Shown here one piece after another: positions 48,798 through 52,909 of a DNA stretch of 52,909 bases. The position numbers and the translations under genes were made by a program. Origin of the DNA: Alphaproteobacteria bacterium. GTDB lineage: Bacteria > Pseudomonadota > Alphaproteobacteria > Sphingomonadales > Sphingomonadaceae. A model generated the notes under the pieces. The model searched no databases. It worked only from the letters and a program-made list of their open reading frames with translations, and was not told where the DNA came from. Position 1 is the stretch's first letter. Every line of letters begins with the position of its first letter. The DNA lies in the NCBI GenBank assembly GCA_028293025.1, contig JAQGLF010000010.1, positions 1 through 52,909 of the forward strand. Direction: 5' to 3'.

Positions 48798-50341
48798 GCC
48801 CGGAGCCCGTAAGCGACTCACCTGTGAGCGACTCGGCCGGAAGCGATTCGCCGATCAGCCGTTCGGACATCGCGCGCGGCGCCGGCCTCGTCGGCCTCTC
48901 CCGCGCCGCCGCCCTGATCGAGGCGGTCGCCCAGCCGCTCTTCGTCTGGCTCTACGGCCTCGCCGCCTACGGCATCTATGTCGTGCTGTGGGGCGCGATC
49001 AACCTCGCCGAGAATGTCGTCGACCTCTCGCTCACCGCCGCTTTGCAGCGGATCGTGCCGACCGGGGACGAGGACCGCGCCCACGGCGCCGTCAAGCTCG
49101 CCTTCATCCTCGCGCTCGTCCCCGCGACCCTGATCGCGCTGCTGGTGACGCTGAACGCCGCCTGGGTCGCCCATTTCTTCTCCGCCGCGCCAGAGGACCG
49201 CGCCCTCCTGCCCCGCGCCGTCGCCCTGTTCGCCTGGGGCCTGCCGCTCTGGACCTTCATCGAGATCGCGACCTCGGCCGCCCGCGCCCGCCGCGCCTTC
49301 GGCCCCGAGATCCGCCTGCGGCTGTTCTGGGAGCAGATCGCCCGCATCCTCTACGCCCTCGGCTTCTTCGCGCTCGGCATGGGCAGCCTCGGCCTCGTCG
49401 CCGCCCATCTGGCCTCGCTCACCCTCACCGCGGCCCTCTGCGTGCCTTTGCTCGGCCGCTATTACGACCTGAAGCGCCTGCTGCGCGCGCCGGTCGACGC
49501 CGCCAATCTCAGGCTGCTCGTCGCCACCGGCCTCGCCTTGCTGCCGGCGAATTTCGCGCGTCAGCTGCTGATCGACGGCCCGGCGGTGGTCATCAACCTG
49601 CTGCTGCCGGGCGCGCGGGGCGCGGTCGCCGCCGGCCTGTTCGAGATCGCCCGCAAGATCGCCACCGTCCCGCTCGCCGTCCGCCAGGCCTTCCAATATG
49701 TGATGGCGCCGCTCGCCGCCCACCAGGCCCGCGCCGACCGCGCCGCGATCGGCCCGCTCTACCGCTTCGCCAGCCGGGTCTCGACCGCCTTGGTCGTGCC
49801 GCTCGCCGGCCTGCTGATCTTCGCCGGCGCCGACATCCTCTCGGTCTACCGGCCCGAGGCGATGGCGGCCCTCCCCTTGCTCTGGATCCTCGCCGCCGCC
49901 CGCGCGGCCGAGGCGATCGTCGGGCCGGCGACGCCGATCGTCGAGATGACCGGCCACCGCATCCTGCCTTTGGTCAACAGCCTCGTCGCCGTCGGCCTCT
50001 GGCTCGGCCTCGCTTTGCTGCTCGTCCCCCGGCTCGGCGGCGCCGGCATGGCGCTCGCGGTCGGCGCCGCCACCATCGCCCAGGCTTATGCGGCGACGCT
50101 CGAGCTCAGCCTCTCCGACCGCCTGTCGCCCTTCGACCGCAAGCTCTTCCTCGGCCTCGCCGCCGCCGTCGCCGGCTGCGCGGCCATGGCTTTGGTCGAG
50201 CGCGCCGCCCACGGCCCCGCCCGTTTCGCCGGCGTGCTCTTGCTCTGGGCGGCCGCAAGCTGGACCGCGCTCCGCCTCGGCCTCACCCGCTCCGACCGCG
50301 AGGCGCTCGGCGGCTTTGCAAGGGTGCTGCGCCTGAACTGA
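48794..50341 (+). CDS. MOP-superfamily (MurJ/Wzx-like) flippase
   Basis: Strongly hydrophobic multi-TM protein with YGLAAYGIY and AAGLFEIARKI; GTGA overlap with lptG. Confidence 0.75.
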   Translation: MSPEPVSDSPVSDSAGSDSPISRSDIARGAGLVGLSRAAALIEAVAQPLFVWLYGLAAYGIYVVLWGAINLAENVVDLSLTAALQRIVPTGDEDRAHGAVKLAFILALVPATLIALLVTLNAAWVAHFFSAAPEDRALLPRAVALFAWGLPLWTFIEIATSAARARRAFGPEIRLRLFWEQIARILYALGFFALGMGSLGLVAAHLASLTLTAALCVPLLGRYYDLKRLLRAPVDAANLRLLVATGLALLPANFARQLLIDGPAVVINLLLPGARGAVAAGLFEIARKIATVPLAVRQAFQYVMAPLAAHQARADRAAIGPLYRFASRVSTALVVPLAGLLIFAGADILSVYRPEAMAALPLLWILAAARAAEAIVGPATPIVEMTGHRILPLVNSLVAVGLWLGLALLLVPRLGGAGMALAVGAATIAQAYAATLELSLSDRLSPFDRKLFLGLAAAVAGCAAMALVERAAHGPARFAGVLLLWAAASWTALRLGLTRSDREALGGFARVLRLN

Positions 50342-50482
50342 CCCTTCCCCCCTCCCTTGCAGGAAGGAGAGGAAGGTCTGGGGAGACTCAGCCCCACTTT
50401 GGCCGTATTGAGAATTCATGGGCAGGACACATATGGGAGCCTAAGCCCCGTGCCCCGCGACAAAATCGAGGACCGATAAGCC

Positions 50483-51274
50483 GTGAAGACCGCCCACAGC
50501 CTGCGCCCGAGCTTCTGGCGACGCGAGCATCATCTGGACAAGATGAACCTCCGGGAGCTCGTCATCGCCTATGTCCAATATCCGGCGATCATCGCCTACG
50601 CCCTGCTCGCGCTCGGGGCGATCGCCGTCTACGTGCAGCGGCCGGCGCCGCTCGTCCCGACCCTGATCACGATCGCGGTCGCCACCCTCATCTATCCGGT
50701 CGTCTGGTACGTCCTCCACCGCTGGGTCCTCCACAGCCGCTGGATGTTCAAGGTGCCGCCGCTGGCCGCGACCTGGAAGCGGATCCATTACGACCATCAC
50801 CAGGATCCGAACCATCTCGAGGTCCTGTTCGGCGCGCTCCCCACGACGCTGCCGACGATCGGCATCGCCACCATCCCGATCGGCTGGGGGATCGGCAGCC
50901 TCTGGGGCGCCCAATACGGCCTCGGCGGCGCGGCGGCGGCCTTCGCCACCGGTCTCCTCACCACCTGCTTCTACGAATTCTGCCACTGCATCCAGCACCT
51001 CAGCTACAAGCCGAAGAACAAGTGGCTCGGCGAGATGAAGCGCCAGCACATGGCCCACCATTTCCACGATGAGAACGGCAATTACGGCATCACCAGCTTC
51101 TTCTGGGACAAGCTGCTGGGCACCTATTACGACCGCCCGCAGCGCCCGCAGAAAAGCCCGACCGTGTTCAACCTCGGCTACACGCCGGAGATGGCGGAGC
51201 GCTATCCGCACGTCGCAAAGCTGAGCGGCGGCGTCGCGACGGGGCATCCCCGGCAGCGGGACAAGGCGGCCTGA
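50483..51274 (+). CDS. Sterol desaturase/fatty-acid hydroxylase family protein
   Basis: His boxes HRWVLH, HYDHH, HCIQH and HMAHH; NYGIT...WDKLLGT. Confidence 0.88.
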   Translation: MKTAHSLRPSFWRREHHLDKMNLRELVIAYVQYPAIIAYALLALGAIAVYVQRPAPLVPTLITIAVATLIYPVVWYVLHRWVLHSRWMFKVPPLAATWKRIHYDHHQDPNHLEVLFGALPTTLPTIGIATIPIGWGIGSLWGAQYGLGGAAAAFATGLLTTCFYEFCHCIQHLSYKPKNKWLGEMKRQHMAHHFHDENGNYGITSFFWDKLLGTYYDRPQRPQKSPTVFNLGYTPEMAERYPHVAKLSGGVATGHPRQRDKAA

Positions 51275-51363
51275 AGGTAGCGGACGCGGGCTCTCGTCGC
51301 GGGCGAAACGCCGGAATGAACGCGGTCGATGCGAGAGCGAGAGTCTGTTTGATATACCAAAAG

Positions 51364-51444
51364 CCGTTCGGGCTGAGCTTGTCGAAGCCCTCCCTTCTGT
51401 TTTCAGGAGGACTAGCGAGGGCTCGACAGCTTCGGCCTGAACGG
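51364..51444. repeat. Palindromic intergenic repeat
   Basis: CCGTTCGGGCTGAGCTTGTCGAAGCCC ... GGGCTCGACAGCTTCGGCCTGAACGG. Confidence 0.7.
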
Positions 51445-51449
51445 AGCGG

Positions 51450-52343
51450 GTGTTTCAGTCTGATCGTAATTCACTGGCCGTGACAGAATTACCGACGGAG
51501 GAAAGCCGACTGACTGACGACGCGAGAGGTTCCATATGGACTGACGGCGAGGTCGATCTGATCGTCGCCGACTATTTCGACATGCTCACGTCACAACTTG
51601 CAGATCGTCCCTTCAGCAAGGCCCATCACAATGACGCTCTACAGCAGCTCCTTCCCCGGTCGCGAAAATCGATCGAATTCAAGCACTGCAACATAAGCGC
51701 GGTGCTCGTGCGGCTCGGAATGCCGACGATCCCTGGCTACAAGCCGTTGCCTCACTTCCAGAATGCCCTCGTGGATGCCATCGGCCGCTATCTCGCGATA
51801 AAAGGACAGCCAGTTTTCGCCTTTGCCACGGCGACTGTTCCTCGTTTCGCGGAGGCAAGCCTTTGGTTGGAACCGCCTCCCTCCCCGACGTTGAACGAAG
51901 CGAAGGAAACCGACAGGCTGCGCCGCCTCGTCCGTAAGTTCGACCCGGCGGAACGCGATGCGAGAAATCGGGCGCTGGGGAAGCAGGGTGAAGAGTTGAT
52001 CCTGGCTCACGAGCGTCAGCGACTGATTGCCGGTGAGCGCGCGGACCTGGCCCGCAAGCTGGAGTGGACTTCCGAAGAGCAAGGCGACGGCGCCGGCTAC
52101 GACATCCATTCCTTCGAGCTGGATGGCAGGGATCGTCTCATCGAGGTCAAGACTACCAACGGTCCGGCCATTACCCCGTTCTTCCTCACCGAGAACGAGC
52201 GGGCATTCAGCGAAGAACGACCGGACGCGTTTCGACTGTTGCGCCTCTACAGATTCATTGAAAAGCCCTCCGCCTTCGAGCTTGCGCCGCCACTTCACGA
52301 GCGGCTCACGTTGAGTCCGACAAACTATCGCGCCACATTCTGA
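51450..52343 (+). CDS. DUF3883 (NOV C-terminal) PD-(D/E)xK endonuclease with N-terminal helical domain
   Basis: LGKQGEE, GDGAGYDIHSF, IEVKTT and FFLTENE motifs; N-terminal WTDGE..VADYF and SIEFKHCNISAV. The start is uncertain. Confidence 0.85.
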   Translation: MFQSDRNSLAVTELPTEESRLTDDARGSIWTDGEVDLIVADYFDMLTSQLADRPFSKAHHNDALQQLLPRSRKSIEFKHCNISAVLVRLGMPTIPGYKPLPHFQNALVDAIGRYLAIKGQPVFAFATATVPRFAEASLWLEPPPSPTLNEAKETDRLRRLVRKFDPAERDARNRALGKQGEELILAHERQRLIAGERADLARKLEWTSEEQGDGAGYDIHSFELDGRDRLIEVKTTNGPAITPFFLTENERAFSEERPDAFRLLRLYRFIEKPSAFELAPPLHERLTLSPTNYRATF

Positions 52344-52395
52344 GCAATCGCTCCCAGTCGGTGACAGCCTTGCTTCGACCCGCTACCAAGCGCCC

Positions 52396-52909
52396 ATGAC
52401 CGACACCCCCTCCCCCACCGGCCTCACCATCCGTCCCGTCGAGGACGCGTCCGATCGCAAGGCGTTCGTCGACGTCGCCTTTCGCCTCAATGCCGCTGAT
52501 CCGAACTGGATACCGCCGCTGAAGACCGAGGTGCACGGGCTGCTCGATCCGCGCACCAATCCCTGGTTCGAGCATGCCGAGGCGCGGCTATTCCTCGCCG
52601 AGCGGAACGGGAAGCCGGTCGGGCGGATCTCGGCGCAGGTCGACCAACTCGTGCTCGAGCATATGGGCGCCGGGCTCGGCCAATGGGGGATGTTCGAGGC
52701 GGAAGATGCGGAGACCGCCGCGGCCCTGATCCACCGCGCCGAGGCCTGGCTGCGAGGCCGCGACATGACCCGGTCGATGGGGCCGTTCAGCCTCTCCATC
52801 TGGGACGAGCCGGGCCTGCTCGTCAAAGGCTTCGACCATCCGCCGACGGTGATGATGGGCCATAACAGCCCGCGTTATGCGGCGTGGGTGGAGGCGGAAG
52901 GCTATCGGG
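52396..52909 (+). CDS. bcerS: Bacterial ceramide synthase (GNAT-fold), runs off the right edge; not in the ORF track
   Basis: MTDTPSPTGLTIRPVEDASDRKAFVDV...DPNWIPPL...NPWFEHAE...VGRISAQ...WGMFEA...GPFSLSIWDEPGLLVKGF...MMGHN; located in the spt cluster. Confidence 0.8.
   Translation, partial: MTDTPSPTGLTIRPVEDASDRKAFVDVAFRLNAADPNWIPPLKTEVHGLLDPRTNPWFEHAEARLFLAERNGKPVGRISAQVDQLVLEHMGAGLGQWGMFEAEDAETAAALIHRAEAWLRGRDMTRSMGPFSLSIWDEPGLLVKGFDHPPTVMMGHNSPRYAAWVEAEGYR

Noticed and set aside
48809-48868. 15-bp-period AGCGACTC repeats at the flippase 5' end
   Set aside because: Short coding micro-duplication (xSDSx repeated three times) in a disordered N-terminus; no sign of a separate function.

Overview
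High-GC alphaproteobacterial chromosome segment. The sphingolipid locus and the intergenic palindromic repeat families point to Sphingomonadaceae (inference). It has five blocks. (1) 1-13.1 kb: N-acetylglucosamine/chito-oligosaccharide utilisation locus, with nagA, SIS-type deaminase and GntR/NagQ regulator divergent from a TonB-dependent receptor, GH20 hexosaminidase and PTS nagF/nagE, plus a phased TGGT operator array. (2) 13.2-18.9 kb: CzcCBA-like heavy-metal RND efflux operon. (3) 19.2-24.6 kb: orphan PAS histidine kinase, Stf0-type sulfotransferase and three GT2 glycosyltransferases. (4) About 24.7-33.6 kb: lower-GC accessory island abutting the 3' end of tRNA-Ser(CGA). It carries the most unusual module in the window: orphan VirB2/TrbC-like pilin, a small secreted protein (YD hairpin, polyproline rod, Ig-like domain), a signal-peptide-bearing RHS toxin and a cognate immunity gene. 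Gene remnants and a helically phased CCTGTT-box array are also present. (5) 33.8-52.9 kb: core genes (hspQ, rplU, rpmA, obgE), then a bacterial sphingolipid synthesis/transport cluster (cerR, acp, spt, Tam41-like cytidylyltransferase, ceramide/DAG kinase, DUF2141, lptFG, flippase, hydroxylase, bCerS), interrupted by an orphan Pycsar-effector-like gene, a hybrid kinase and a DUF3883 nuclease. All calls come from motif recognition by eye; no searches were run.
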